This document shows positions 1 to 12,310 of a DNA stretch of 64,000 nt, piece after piece. This DNA is from Octopus sinensis. Taxonomy: Eukaryota. The translations under genes were made by a program, and so were the position numbers. The notes beneath the pieces are model-generated. The model searched no databases. It saw only the letters and a program-made list of their open reading frames with translations, and was not told where the DNA came from. Every line of letters begins with the position of its first letter. Positions within the stretch are counted from its first letter, which is position 1. The stretch lies in assembly GCF_006345805.1 (NCBI RefSeq), contig NC_042999.1, positions 19,964,001 through 20,028,000 on the forward strand, read 5' to 3'.

Positions 1-91
1 AAGGCTGGAAGGTATATTAGCCAAATCATTGTGTTAACTAAAAACAAGATGAGGACAAATATCTGTCAAATGTAAATAATGTAAATAATGT
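1..91 (+). mobile_element. Family D 3' body (HHR-region remnant), cut by window edge
   Basis: aaggctggaaggtatattagcc...gatgaggacaaatatctgtcaaatgtaaataatgtaaat matches the copies at 9349-9639 and 34528-34810. Confidence 0.75.
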
Positions 92-867
92 ACTGTCCCC
101 TTTTATCTTAATCTTTTTTGCACACATTTTTTCTTTGCGTACCAGTTGTAACACACGTGCACAGAGACAAAAGCTCATAGCTTAGAGTGAACATTAGTTC
201 CTCTCACCTTGTAATCTGTCTCTTCCGTTAGCAAGCATTTGTACCTATGTCTTAAACCCATAAGTGTTGATTTACTCACATTCATAACTGAGTCTCTCTT
301 AGTTTCATTATTCTTACTTGAACTAATATACTTTCAGTGGAATAAAATTACACCATTGCCTACTTTATTGCTTCGGTTTCCACTCCTAATCAATCACCAA
401 AAATGTTGGTAATCAGCAATATACATTTTTTTTTCCTTCTTACATGTCAAAACCAGAACCCAGATAACAACATATCCTCAACTGACAACTTACATTTCCT
501 TCCAGCTTTGATGGTATTGACAAGGTGGTATAAACAGGAAACCAAAAATAAAAAAAAAATAAAAAATGGTGTTTTAAAATGAAGAATGCATTACATTGAA
601 ATATGCCCCACATCCATCTGGTGGAACAAAGGCAAGAAAAATAAAAGAAGTGTTTGACCTTGACATTTTCATAACAAATATGTATTGATAACCTTCTTGT
701 TACATGGCGATGATTGGCTGTCATTTCTGATAGCATTTAACTTTAGCATTCTGATCATAGCACTCCATCAAAAATGCTTAGAACTTGTTATTTACATCAA
801 GATAAAATGCTATCCATTTGCAAAGAAAGCAAACCTGTGATGCTCTTGCCACATTCTTTCAGAGACA

Positions 868-1135
868 TTCATCATCATCATCATCATCATCCTCATCATA
901 TAACGTCCATTTTCCATGCTGGCATGGGTTGGACGGTTTGGCTGGGGTCTGGGAAGCCAGGAGGCTGCACCAAGCTCCAATCTGATCTGGCAATGTTTCT
1001 ACAGCTGGATACTCTTCCTAACACCAACCACTCTGTGAGTGTAGTGGGTGCTTTTTACATGCCACCGGCACAGGGGCCAGGGGCGGCTGGCAACAGCCAG
1101 GATCGGTTGGTGCTTTTTACGTGCCACCGGCACTA
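868..1135 (-). mobile_element. Family C RTE-type retroposon 3' tail
   Basis: (CAT)n tail followed by ...ccatgctggcatgggttgga...ctacagctggat..cttcctaac, recurring many times in the window. Confidence 0.8.
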
Positions 1136-1162
1136 TCAAGTACAAGAGTACAAAACCTCACG

Positions 1163-1345
1163 GTAGTCAGTCTTGTCCTTTACTCTTGCTTATTTTTTAC
1201 TCGCTTCAGTCATTGGACTGTGGCCATGCTGGGGCATTGCTTTGAAGGGTTTTGCTCCAACAGATTGATCTTAGTACTTCTTTTTAAAATTTGGTTCTTA
1301 TTCTGTCAGTCCCTTACGCCAAACTGCTAAGTCACAGGGACATAA
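1163..1345 (-). mobile_element. SINE family A, 3' fragment
   Basis: cagtcattggactgtggccatgctgg...ctgctaag matches the tail of full-length family A copies. Confidence 0.6.
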
Positions 1346-1410
1346 ACAAAACCAAACCCAGAAAATTACTATTTTTAAATCCCACAACATGAGATATTCA
1401 ACAACAGTAC

Positions 1411-1691
1411 TTTGTAGTAAAGATTGTTTGCCAATATAACATGGCTGTCCCAGTCCAGGACGAATGTTGCTGTAATTTAGACCCAGGAGACATCATCTCC
1501 AGCTGGTTATACGACATGATCCTTACATTTTCAAACAAGGTGGGTGCTAGATTCCCTGGTTCAAAAATGTAAGGACACAGATCGTGTCATATAGTCAGCT
1601 GGAGATGATGTCTCCTGAGGATAAATTACAGCAACTTTGGTCCTAGACCAGGACAGCCATGTTATGTTGGCAAACAATCTTTTACTACAAA
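1411..1691. mobile_element. Palindromic MITE-like element with long terminal inverted repeats
   Basis: tttgtagtaaagattgtttgcc... is the reverse complement of ...ggcaaacaatctttactacaaa; arms about 120 bp; related copy at 6371-6597. Confidence 0.75.
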
Positions 1692-2029
1692 ACCAAAACC
1701 CTAGTCAATTTGAGGGGGGAGGGACAAAGACTGGCACAAAAGCACACATGTGTGCACACATGTATGCTCACCCATAAATATGTATGTCACAAGCTTCTAT
1801 ATAGTTTCCATCATTCAAATTCACTTACCAAACATTGGTTGGCCTTAGGCTATAATAGAAGACATTTTCCCAAGGTACTGTGCCGTAGGACTGAACCTGT
1901 AGAAGCACAGTTTCAAACCAAGCTTCTCCTGCTTCTCGAAATCTGAATTTGTGCCACCAAGATGATCATATTTAAAATATCATTCCTTCTGAGATGATAA
2001 ACAGTACCAGTGATATTCTGAGGATTATT

Positions 2030-2650
2030 CTCTTTACTCTTTTACTTGTTTCAGTCATTTGACTGAGGCCACGCTGGAGCATCGCCTTTAGTCAAGCAAA
2101 TGGACCCCAGAACTTATTCTTTGTAAGCCTAGTACTTATTCTATCAGTCTCTTTTGCATGTAACAGGTTCTGGAGCATTCTTGAAGCCATGGTGAAAGCT
2201 GAGGACAGCTATTTTGAGTAAACTGTTATTTTCCAGCCATAATCTACTCTTTTACTCTTTTAATTGTTTCAGTCATTTGACTGTGGCCATGCAGGAGCAC
2301 CACCTTTAGTCGAGCAAATCAACCCCAGGACTTATTCTTTGTAAGCCTAGTGCTTATTCTATCGGTCTTTTTTGCTAAACTGTTAAGTTACAGGGATATA
2401 TATAAACCAACATTGGTTGTCAAAAGATGTTGGGAGGACAAACACAGTGATACAAAGATATACACATACACATACATATATATATATATACAATGTGCTT
2501 CCTTCAGTTTCCGTCTACCAAATCCACTCACAAGTCTTTGGTTGGCCCGAGGCTATAGTAGAAGACACTTACCCAAGTTGTCATGCAGTGGGACTGAACC
2601 CGGAACCATGTGGTTGGTAAGCAAGCTACTTACCACACAGCCACTCCTGT
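2030..2650 (-). mobile_element. SINE family A full copy (2244-2650) preceded by an extra 3' fragment
   Basis: On the minus strand: tRNA-like head ggagtggctgtgtggtaag...gggttcagtccc, CORE-like ttgggtaagtgtc, central (TA/CA)n, tail ending gagtaaaagag. Confidence 0.85.
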
Positions 2651-2748
2651 CAATTTTATTTGCCTCATGCATTTTAAATTTAATTGCAACCAAACATCAA
2701 GACAGATTTCAACCTCTGACTTTATCCCCAGAATCTATAAAGTTAATA

Positions 2749-2982
2749 CCTATTTCTTTACTACCCACAAGGGGCTACACACAGAGAGGACAAACAAGGA
2801 CAGACAAATGGATTAAGTCGATTACATCGACCCCAGTGCGCAACTGGTACTCAATTTATCGACCCCGAAAGGATGAAAAGCAAAGTCGACCTCGGCGGAA
2901 TTTGAACTCAGAATGTAACGGCAGATGAAATACGGCTACGCATTTCACCCAGCGTGCTAACGTTTCTGCCAGCTCGCCACCT
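2749..2982 (-). mobile_element. SINE family B
   Basis: Minus strand: gagctggcagaaacgttagc (A-box-like), gagttcaaattcc (B-box), tttcatcctttcggggtcgataa. Confidence 0.85.
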
Positions 2983-3524
2983 TTATAAAGTTAATACAAG
3001 TTATGTAACAATGCTTCTTCCAGTTGAAAACATTCACCTTTTACAAATAGCTGGATGCTAGTCAATGTTTAAAATCATAAAATGTATGAAGAAGCCAACT
3101 AATTCATTCGTTAACGAAGAGAGCCACATCTGTTAGAGTCAATGTACTGCTGTTACAATTCAATGGAAAAAATGTTGAGAGGACAATTCCTTTATAAAGA
3201 TTTCCTTTGTAAATATAGCAATACAGTAATGACGGTGGCTTATGAATTGCTGAAAAGGAAGCTTAATGTTGAATTTAAGCCATATCATCATAATTTAATG
3301 TCCCCTTTTCCGTGCTTACGTCGCCAGACAGAATTTGTAGAGGGAGATTTTCTATGACTGGATGCCTCTTTTCTCACTAACACTTATCTGTTTCCAAGTC
3401 AGGTAGTATTTGTCCATAGCCAAATACATTTACATGGGGCATTAGAAAAGAAAGGACACTGCTTGCAGATGACAGTTACACTCATTTATGACTGTCATGT
3501 TATGCCAAGAAAAGGATGTGTGCG

Positions 3525-3890
3525 TGCACACACACACAGACACACATATGCACACATGCACACAAACACATGAACACACACACATACAAACACATGCACA
3601 CAAAACACACACACATATGCACACAAAACAAACTCACACACACAAACACATGCACACTACAAACATACAAACATACGCACACACAAACACATGTATGCAC
3701 ACACAAACACATACACACACAAATACACGCAAACACACACACACACAAGCATGGAAACACACATACAAACACATGCACACACGCACACAAACGCACACAA
3801 ACTCAAACACACACATGCAAACACATGCACACACACACACACACACACAAATACACACACATATATGCATATCATATGTACATACACAAT
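3525..3890. repeat. Degenerate (CA)n/(CACAT)n microsatellite
   Basis: Visible directly; produces the spurious HT/CV-rich ORFs. Confidence 0.95.
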
Positions 3891-4289
3891 GACTTCCTTC
3901 AATGTCAATCTGCCATATACACTCACACAGCTTTGGTTGGCATAGGGCTATAGTAGCAGACACTTACCTAAGGGGCTGCACAGTAGCATTGAACCCAAAA
4001 CACTGTGCTTGGAAAACATTTTCCTGAACCACACAGCCAAGCCTGGTCCTATTTACCTAAATATGTGATTTGAAGAATATTTTGAGTTTCCTGAATTCAA
4101 TCCACACAAGAATTGGGCAGACTTTTGCAAATGTATTTACCATCACCTGAAATCACCAACATTTCACCTGCCATTGAAATGGCAGGGTCTGTATGTGACT
4201 GTACAATATGCTAGAAATAGCTACCAAGCTACCTTCATATCACATTATATTCTTTAGAAATAGAACTAACAGCATCATGAGACTGTTAT

Positions 4290-4703
4290 TCTTTTATTCT
4301 TTTACTTGTTTCAGTCATTTGACTGCAGCCATGCTGGAGCACTGCCTTTAGTCGAGCAAATAGACCCCAGAACTTATTCTTTGTAAGCCTAGTACTTATA
4401 CTATCGGTCTCTTTTGCCGAACCGCTAAGTTATGGGGATGTAAACACACCAGCATCAGTTGTCAAGCGATGCTGGAGGGAGCAGCACAGACGCACAAACA
4501 TACACACACACACACACACGCATATATATACATATATACAACGGGCTTCTTTCAGTTTCCGTTTACCAGACCCACTCACAAGGCTTTGGTCGGCTCGAGG
4601 CTATAGTAGAAGACACTTGCCCAAGGTACCACGCAGTGGGACTGAACCCAGAACTATGTGGTTGTTAAGCAAGCTACTTACCACACAGCTACTCCTGCAC
4701 CTA
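4290..4703 (-). mobile_element. SINE family A
   Basis: Same head, CORE-like box, microsatellite and tail layout as 2244-2650. Confidence 0.85.
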
Positions 4704-5121
4704 TGAAGCCTTTCTTTATTCATGTAATATGTTTGAGATGACAAACATCTCCCATGGATCACTCGCATGGAACACTCCCTGTTTTCCTAACCATTTGCAG
4801 GAGACTAACATTCGACAACGTATTCCTAACAAAATTATGCCAACAAAAGAAATTAGTACATTCTATCCAAATCAGCTTGTTTTAGAGTGACTTTGAGCTA
4901 AGCAGTCCCAACTTGAATATCAATATAAGTATTTAGTGTCATTACTAATCCAATAAAACGTACAAACTAGCTATTTATATGAAAGTCAAAACTGGTTTCC
5001 CAACCCTCTTTTTATGTTTCATAAGGAATGACATACACGCTGCATTCACTAAGCTTATTTATAAAGTAATAAAACACACTTGATATTTTATACACAACAA
5101 AAACAGACTTAAGGCTCGAGA

Positions 5122-5505
5122 TCTCTCTCTATATAAACGGCAGTTTGTCTGTGCGTGTTTCTGTGTGTCTGTTTGCTTGTACCCTCACCCTGACCACGGC
5201 TTTCAACCGATTCAGATGAAACTTGACACACACATAGCCCAATGTCATAATTCAAAACTAACGCAGCGAAAATTTTGAAAAGTTCCCCCAGTTCTGAAAA
5301 AAATCGATAAATTCGACATGGGGTCGAGAATCAGGAACACAAACCAGAAACTGTGTAGGGGACGCAACTCCACCTTTTTAACTCTCAAAAAAAAATTTAC
5401 CATCATTTTTCCCATTTTTTTGCTGTTTTTTTGGCTATAACTCTCTAAAAATGCTTTATAGTTATTTCCCTTACAAACCTGAGCAACGCCGGGCGATACT
5501 GCTAG
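5122..5505 (+). mobile_element. Non-autonomous Helitron-like element
   Basis: 5' TC after A (a|tctctctctatataaa), subterminal ctgt-type repeats and caaccgattcagatgaaactt, 3' GC hairpin gcaacgccgggcgatactgc then CTAG|T at 5502-5506. Confidence 0.7.
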
Positions 5506-5719
5506 TATTTGATATATCAATTAGGTCTATAATTCTTTATTAAATACTTTCCAGCATTCTACACATAATGGAACACAAAGTAGGGCTATAACTGCGCAAA
5601 GGGTCTAATGTTTGATATGTCAGTGTTTCCAGTCTCTTTGGAGTCTGACCATATATATGTGTGTGTGTTTTGTGGTATGTATGCATTTGGTGTATATATG
5701 TGTGTGTATATGTATATAA

Positions 5720-5763
<44 letters not shown>

Positions 5764-5895
5764 TTGTTTTCCTCTCTAAAAACAAACGGAAAGTTGCATT
5801 ATCGAATAGTCATTTTAATGGGTTTTTTTCCTTATTTATCACCCAACGAGATACATCTGCACCACCAGATACTCCTGAACCACTTTTTGTATGTC

Positions 5896-5940
5896 TCACC
5901 AGAGGAGTCGAAGTTAGATGTGTCGAAACAATTGTTGTGA
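5896..5940 (+). ncRNA. Degenerate minimal type-I hammerhead-like motif (Penelope-type)
   Basis: tcac-CAGAGGA-...-GAAAC-aatt-GTT-gtga: stem I tcac/gtga, palindromic stem III aacaattgtt; U4 position is A and stem II is poor. Confidence 0.45.
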
Positions 5941-5982
5941 TTAATAATATATTCTCATATATTCCATCTCCTGTCTTTCATT

Positions 5983-6034
<52 letters not shown>

Positions 6035-6370
6035 GTATGTATGTATATCACTAGCCACTACACATTCTTTATTTTCTCCCCTTGTTTCTTTCTGTGTTCC
6101 TTTCGGTGGAAGAGTCTAGGCTTAAAACGTTAAAGACTTTTTCACTTCCTGAGCATTATACTAATACATCTGTTTGTTGTCATACCACCTGTCTTCATCT
6201 TTTGTTTTTTGTGAATTATCTCTATATGTATATATAGCATCATCATCGATTAATATCTGCATTCCATGATAGCATGGGTTGGAAGATTTGACTGAGGTCT
6301 GGTGAACCAGATGGCTGTACCAGACTCCAATCTGATATATATATATATATATATATATACATACATATAT

Positions 6371-6597
6371 AGTAAAGATTATTTGCCAACATATTGTGGC
6401 AGTCCTGGTTGGAATGAATGTTACTGTTGTTTTAGCCCCAAGAAACATTGTCTCCAATTGGCTATATAAACACAATCTGCATCCATATATTTTCAAAACA
6501 GACACAGATCGTGTGTGGTATAGCCAGCTGGAGACGATGTTTCCTGGGGCTAAACAGCACCAGGACTGCCACATTATGTTGGCAAATAATCTTTACT
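6371..6597. mobile_element. Palindromic MITE-like element, same family as 1411-1691
   Basis: agtaaagattatttgccaacat... / ...atgttggcaaataatctttact inverted arms; shared gatcgtgt...agccagctggaga motif. Confidence 0.7.
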
Positions 6598-6774
6598 TTA
6601 GAGTACTGTTACTAAATGTGTCTTGTTGAGAAATTTAGAAATAATATTTATTCTATTTATATAAATATATATAACATCATCGTCGTTTAATGTCTATTTT
6701 CCATCCTGGCATTGGTTGGATGGTTTGGCTGAGGTCTGCAGAGCCAGCAGCTGCACCAGACTCATATATATATG

Positions 6775-6806
<32 letters not shown>

Positions 6807-6868
6807 ATATATATAGATAGATATATATATGTATATATATATATATATATAATATATATATATATATC

Positions 6869-6902
<34 letters not shown>

Positions 6903-6909
6903 ATATATA

Positions 6910-6956
<47 letters not shown>

Positions 6957-7061
6957 TCAGAAAAAATATGTGTGTGTGTCTATGTGAAGTTCCTAATTAA
7001 CTCAGTAACATTAATCAAGTAATTTATTTGTTTTGAAGACTTAAGTATATTTATTTATTTT

Positions 7062-7214
7062 CTTTTTTACTATAGGCACAAGGCTTGAAATTTGAGGGAG
7101 GGGACTAGTTGATTACATCGACCTCAGTTGAATTTGAACTCAGAACGTAAAGACAGATGAAATACTGCTAAGCCTTTTACCAGCATGCTAATGCTTCTGC
7201 CAGCTCACCACCCT
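7062..7214 (-). mobile_element. SINE family B variant, internally deleted
   Basis: gaatttgaactcagaacgtaaag...ctgccagctcacc. Confidence 0.7.
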
Positions 7215-7241
7215 AATAGCAATAATAATAATAATAATAAT

Positions 7242-7301
<60 letters not shown>

Positions 7302-7311
7302 TATAATCATA

Positions 7312-7635
7312 ATCAAGGTGGTTACAATACCAGTGATCGTAGGAGCACTAGGAATGATCAAGAAGGGAACTGAAAATTATATGAGAATGGTTCCTGGCTT
7401 ACCATCCCTGCAAGAAGTGCAAAAGATTGTCTTAACTGGTACATCACACGTATTGAGAAGAGCATTGTCGATGTGAGAACTATTACTACCCATGTATTTT
7501 AATTTAACTTAAAAAAAAAAATAAACGAACTATTCAGTTTAGTTTAATGGCCTACCAAGGTATACTATGAGTTTCTTTGCCCTAGGAGTCGGGAAGAAAC
7601 TCGGCAAGAAATGGAAGCAAATTTGAAAGAAGAAA
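7312..7635 (+). mobile_element. R4/Dong-clade LINE 3' end (subfamily 3)
   Basis: Translates KVVTIPVIVGALGMIKKGTENYMRMVPGLPSLQEVQKIVLTGTSHVLRRALSM*; 3' UTR matches about 48630-48799; directly follows (AAT)n. Confidence 0.85.
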
Positions 7636-8310
7636 AATATAATAATATTAATCATAATCATAGTGTTGACAATAACGATATTTAAAATGCTGCAATATGA
7701 ACGAGAAATACAATATTATCTAAGGCAACAATCTGATAAAGGTAGCATCGAATTAATGTGTATGAGTTGGAGAACTAAGCTGTTGTGAGTTTGGGCATTA
7801 AATCACCTGCAATCAAATTTTTCAGATTGAGTAAATGACAATTAGCTGTTGATGAAGATCTTAAAAAAGGGTTCTTGTGCAGACAGATGTCTCAAATTTA
7901 TCTTGTTCGCAAAAGCTTGTCCTCACCTTAATAGTCAGATACCTTGCAGTGTGATAAAATAGTTTTGATGCAAATGGGAGTCAGACTGCTAAAAATTAAT
8001 AGAATTGATAAAAATGAAAAAAAAATTATCGCACTGAGACGCCAAATTATAGATTAAAATTTTCAGATATAAACGGTTAAATGAATTAGAAAGGAAAATA
8101 AATAAATATACTCAAGTCTTCAAAACAAGTAAATTACTTGATTGATGTTACTGAGTTAATTAGGAATTTCACACATAAACACACACAAACACACACACAC
8201 ACATATGCACACACACACACACACAGATATCATGGACTTTATCATAACTAGATGATTTATGAGGGTTCTGCAATTTGTAGCTGAACAACCACATGGATGA
8301 TTTATAGTTC

Positions 8311-8487
8311 TATATTTAAGAGATGAGGAATTATGTACATTATTTACATTATTTACATTTGATGGATATTTGTCCTCATCTTTGTTATTAACACAACATT
8401 TCGGTTGATATACCCTTCAGCCTTCATCGGGTGTCTTGGGGAAATTTTGAACCTGGGTTCTCATTCCTAAGATATTTTTCAATATTG

Positions 8488-8490
<3 letters not shown>
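8311..8490 (-). mobile_element. Family D body (HHR core mutated: CCGATGA, GAAATG)
   Basis: Reverse complement matches the 3' half of 9349-9639. Confidence 0.85.
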
Positions 8491-8522
<32 letters not shown>

Positions 8523-8523
<1 letters not shown>

Positions 8524-8785
8524 TATGTTTGACTTTTGCTCTACATTTGTACAATTTGGCTCCAAGTCTCACCCAAAGACCTCAAGAGACTACAAGCTGG
8601 AAGTTCATGTTGGTGTTATGCCTAGGATACCATATATTTGGTTTTGTACATAGTGTTGTTCTAGAGAATGTTTAAGAAACCATAAGAAAATTATGTTTGT
8701 TTTAAAACTTGAGGTTACATAGAAAGTATTTTGCGTAGGATATGAGCAGTTCCCATGAGCACTATCTTTTTAATTTCTGCCATTC
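8523..8785 (-). mobile_element. R4/Dong-clade LINE 3' end (subfamily 2)
   Basis: Minus strand MAEIKKIVLMGTAHILRKILSM* plus 3' UTR; (ATT)n on both sides; second copy at 40661-40900. Confidence 0.8.
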
Positions 8786-8789
8786 ATTA

Positions 8790-8841
<52 letters not shown>

Positions 8842-8845
8842 GTTA

Positions 8846-8879
<34 letters not shown>

Positions 8880-8897
8880 GATTATTATTATTATCAT

Positions 8898-9202
8898 CAT
8901 TCAGTAGTTTTATCTTTATACCATGCTTTCACTTCACTACCGAGCACAGCTCTGTGTGCCTTGGGTATGTGCTGTGTTTTGTAGTGATGCTCTTATGGTT
9001 TCTGTATTGAAAGTGTTTTATGTAGGATGTGTGCAGTGCCCAGTAATGCAATTTCTTGTATGTCGTATATAGTTGTAAGTCCTGGTGTTTTTGCTATGTA
9101 TTTGTCTGAATATTTTTTTATCATACCTAATGCGCCTACTATGATAGGAATTGTTTCTGTTTTTAGATTCCACATTCGAGGTACCTCTATTTCCAGGTCT
9201 GA
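8898..9202 (-). mobile_element. R4/Dong-clade LINE 3' end (subfamily 1)
   Basis: ORF 8993-9175 MWNLKTETIPIIVGALGMIKK...LLGTAHILHKTLSIQ nearly identical to the C-terminus of 47012-47698; (AAT)n tail. Confidence 0.9.
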
Positions 9203-9348
9203 AATTATTGAGTGTGCTTTCCCAAATGTGAGCCTTTCGTATATTTTTAAAATTAACGGTTACAAATGTCGAGTGAGCTTATTTTCGATGGACGGAGTGA
9301 ACTTATGTGAAGACACAAGCATTTCATCATTACAAACAAATCATACAT

Positions 9349-9639
9349 GCTCACGGGCATATGGCGTAGTGGTTAAGAGTGCGGGCTACTAACCCCAAGA
9401 TTCCGTGTTCGATTCCAGGCAGTGACCTGAATAATAATAATAACAACAATAATAATAATAATAACATTGAAAAATGGAATGAGAACCCAGGTTCAAAATT
9501 TCCCCAAGAAACCTGATTAAGGCTGGAGGGTATATCAGCTGAAATGTTGTGTTAACAACAAACAAGATGAGGAAAATATCTGTCAAATGTAAATAATGTA
9601 AATAATGTAAATAATTCCTCATCTCTTAAATATGGAACT
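9349..9639 (+). mobile_element. Family D: tRNA-like head, (AAT)n, HHR-bearing 3' body
   Basis: A box TGGCGTAGTGG 9362-9372, B box GTTCGATTC 9407-9415, (AAT)n, degenerate core CTGATTA...GAAATG, (aaatgtaaat)n end. Confidence 0.85.
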
Positions 9640-9729
9640 TTATTATTTTGTGTATTTTATTGCACTGTAATATATACATAAAAATAAACTGCAGAACCTA
9701 ATTTGCATAGAATAAAGCATTGTGCTGTT

Positions 9730-10140
9730 CTTTTATTCTTTTCCTTGTTTCAATCATTTGACTGCAGCCATGCTGGAGCACTGAGTTAAAGAGGTTTAGG
9801 TCGAATAAATCAACTCCAGGACTTATTCTTTGTAAGCCTAGTACATATTTTATTGGTCTTTTCTGCTGAACTGCTAAGTGACAGCAACATAAGCACACCA
9901 GTATCAGTTGTTAAGCAATGGTTCATGGAGGTGGGGACAAACACAGAATTGACTGTGGTCATGCTGGAGCACTACCTTAAAGGGTTTTAGTCAAAAAAAT
10001 CGACCCCAGGACTTTTTTGCAAGCCTAGTACTTATTCTATTGGTCTTTTTTGCTGAATCACTAAGTCATGGGGACATAAACACGCCAACATCAATTGTCA
10101 AGTGATGGTGGAAGAACGAACGCAGATACAAAGACAAACA
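9730..10140 (-). mobile_element. Two tandem SINE family A tail fragments
   Basis: catttgactgc/gtgg..catgctggagcac...ctttgtaagcctagtac occurs twice. Confidence 0.7.
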
Positions 10141-10419
10141 GACATAAATATGTACATGTATATATAGTTAAAAATATCATTATAGGTATAAGTATACCAT
10201 ATACAGTTATAGAAAAATGGAGGAGAAAAAGATGTTGAATCAAAATTAGATTTAATACAAAATAGGATTCAATACATACACGCATTTCAAAGGACAATAC
10301 AAAAATGTAAGAAAAATATTATGACCATAGTAATTATAATTAAATTTATGCATTGTCATTTTCATCAGTGTGGGGAATTTTATATATATATATTAGTGGC
10401 ACATAAAAATCTCCAACCG

Positions 10420-10650
10420 ATTGTGGCCATTGCCAGCCTCCCCTGGCATCTGTGCCTGGTGGCATGTAAAAAGCACCCACTACACTCACAGAGTGGTTGG
10501 TGTTTGAAAGGGCATCAAGCTGTAGAAACACTACCAGATCAGACTGGAGCCTGGTGCAGCCTCCTGGCTTCCCAGACTCCAGTCAAACCGTCCAACCCAT
10601 GCTAGCTTGGAAAACGGACGTTAAACGATGATGATGATGATGATGATATG
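10420..10650 (+). mobile_element. Family C RTE-type tail
   Basis: gtggcatgtaaaaagcacccactacac...ccaacccatgctagcttggaaaacggacgttaaac(gat)n. Confidence 0.85.
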
Positions 10651-11449
10651 ATGATCTTCTTACAGTTTCCATCTACCAAATCTACTCACAAGTCTTCGGT
10701 CGGCCCAAGGCTATAGTAAAATTTACTTGCCCATGGACTGAACCCAGAACTATGTGGTTGGAAAGCAGCATTCTTACCACTCAGCCATGCCTACTCCTAT
10801 TAGTATCCATTGTTTTAATGTTTGATTCTGGAATTTGATTTTGTATGGCCTTGTTATCTCAGTGAGAATTCCCAAAACTGACCTCTCCTCTTTTCTCATT
10901 CTTCACTATTCCACTGCTTGTTAGTGAATTTTCACTACACACTTCTTCATTTTGTTTCTAGATGGCAGTAAATTATATTTCGGTAAACAGAACTGGCATC
11001 CTTTCACAAACCATCTATCAGCTCTTTCATTTCCAGGAGAGGTTTTATTGATGGAGGTCTAAAGGTCCAAGAATTCATATACACACATATATATACATAT
11101 ATATATGTACAATATATGATCAGCAAATTATAAGATTCAATCTTCTCACAATTGAACTATGCAGCCTTTACTATGTTCTCTCCCTTCTAATATCAGGGTG
11201 AAAGGATTTTCATCTCTGATCATTTTTTATCTGCGCAATGTAAAAACGCCAATGTAAGGAACTGCTAAACTAAACTAATAGATATGTGTGTTTATGCTTG
11301 TGTATATATGCATGAATATGTGTGTGTGTATTTTTCCATATATATATATATGAACACATTTCTTGGGAACACATTCTTTGTGGTAATGGCGATTTGACGT
11401 CTATGTTTAACATATTAGGTGTCCACTTTAGTGGTCATTCTTCTCTTAA

Positions 11450-11824
11450 TTTTATATATATATATTATATATATATATATATCTATATATATATATATAT
11501 ATATATATATGCCTATGAGTACGTGCACACACACATATACAGACCTAACAAATTTATTTTTCGATAGACAGATGACAACTTTCGTAAAATATAAGTCACT
11601 ATATATATATATGAGTGCGTGTGTGTTTGTGTATATATATATATAAATATATGTATACACACACACACACATATATATGCACATATATATGTATATATAT
11701 ATATAAACAAATTCAAAATGCGATAAAATAAAATTAATTATTTTCGCTGGTGTTTCTAGCACCGGCCATATATTATTCATATATAAGTAGATTAAAGGCG
11801 AAGTATGTACTAGAAACACAGAAG

Positions 11825-11865
<41 letters not shown>

Positions 11866-12201
11866 ACATATATATACATATAGATGTATATAAGTACGTA
11901 TATATATATATATATGTATATATATAAATATATATAATATATATATAATATATATCATCATCATCATCATCATCATTTAGCGTCCGTTCTCCATGCTAGC
12001 ATGGGTTGGACGGTTCAACTGGGGTCTGTGAAATGTATATATATAATATATATGTATATATATATACATTATATATATATACATATATATATATACATAT
12101 GTATATATATACATACACACATATATATATATATATAATATATATACATATATATATATATACATATACATACATTGACATATACATACATATACATACA
12201 T

Positions 12202-12257
<56 letters not shown>

Positions 12258-12269
12258 TATATTATATAT

Positions 12270-12310
<41 letters not shown>
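11450..12310. repeat. (TA)n-dominated microsatellite cluster
   Basis: Visible directly. Confidence 0.95.

Larger units (their letters stand above)
6983..8173. mobile_element. Non-autonomous TIR element (73-bp TIRs) with nested insertions
   Basis: 6983-7055 and 8101-8173 are reverse complements with 4 mismatches. Confidence 0.65.

Noticed and set aside
4069-4260. Open frame FEFPEFNPHKNWADFCKCIYHH... and similar short ORFs at 56769-56951 and 57334-57525
   Set aside because: No recognisable domain or convincing splice signals; length compatible with chance
9356-9427. Heads of families A, B and D as functional tRNA genes
   Set aside because: A and B boxes are present, but there is no complete cloverleaf and each continues into SINE body sequence
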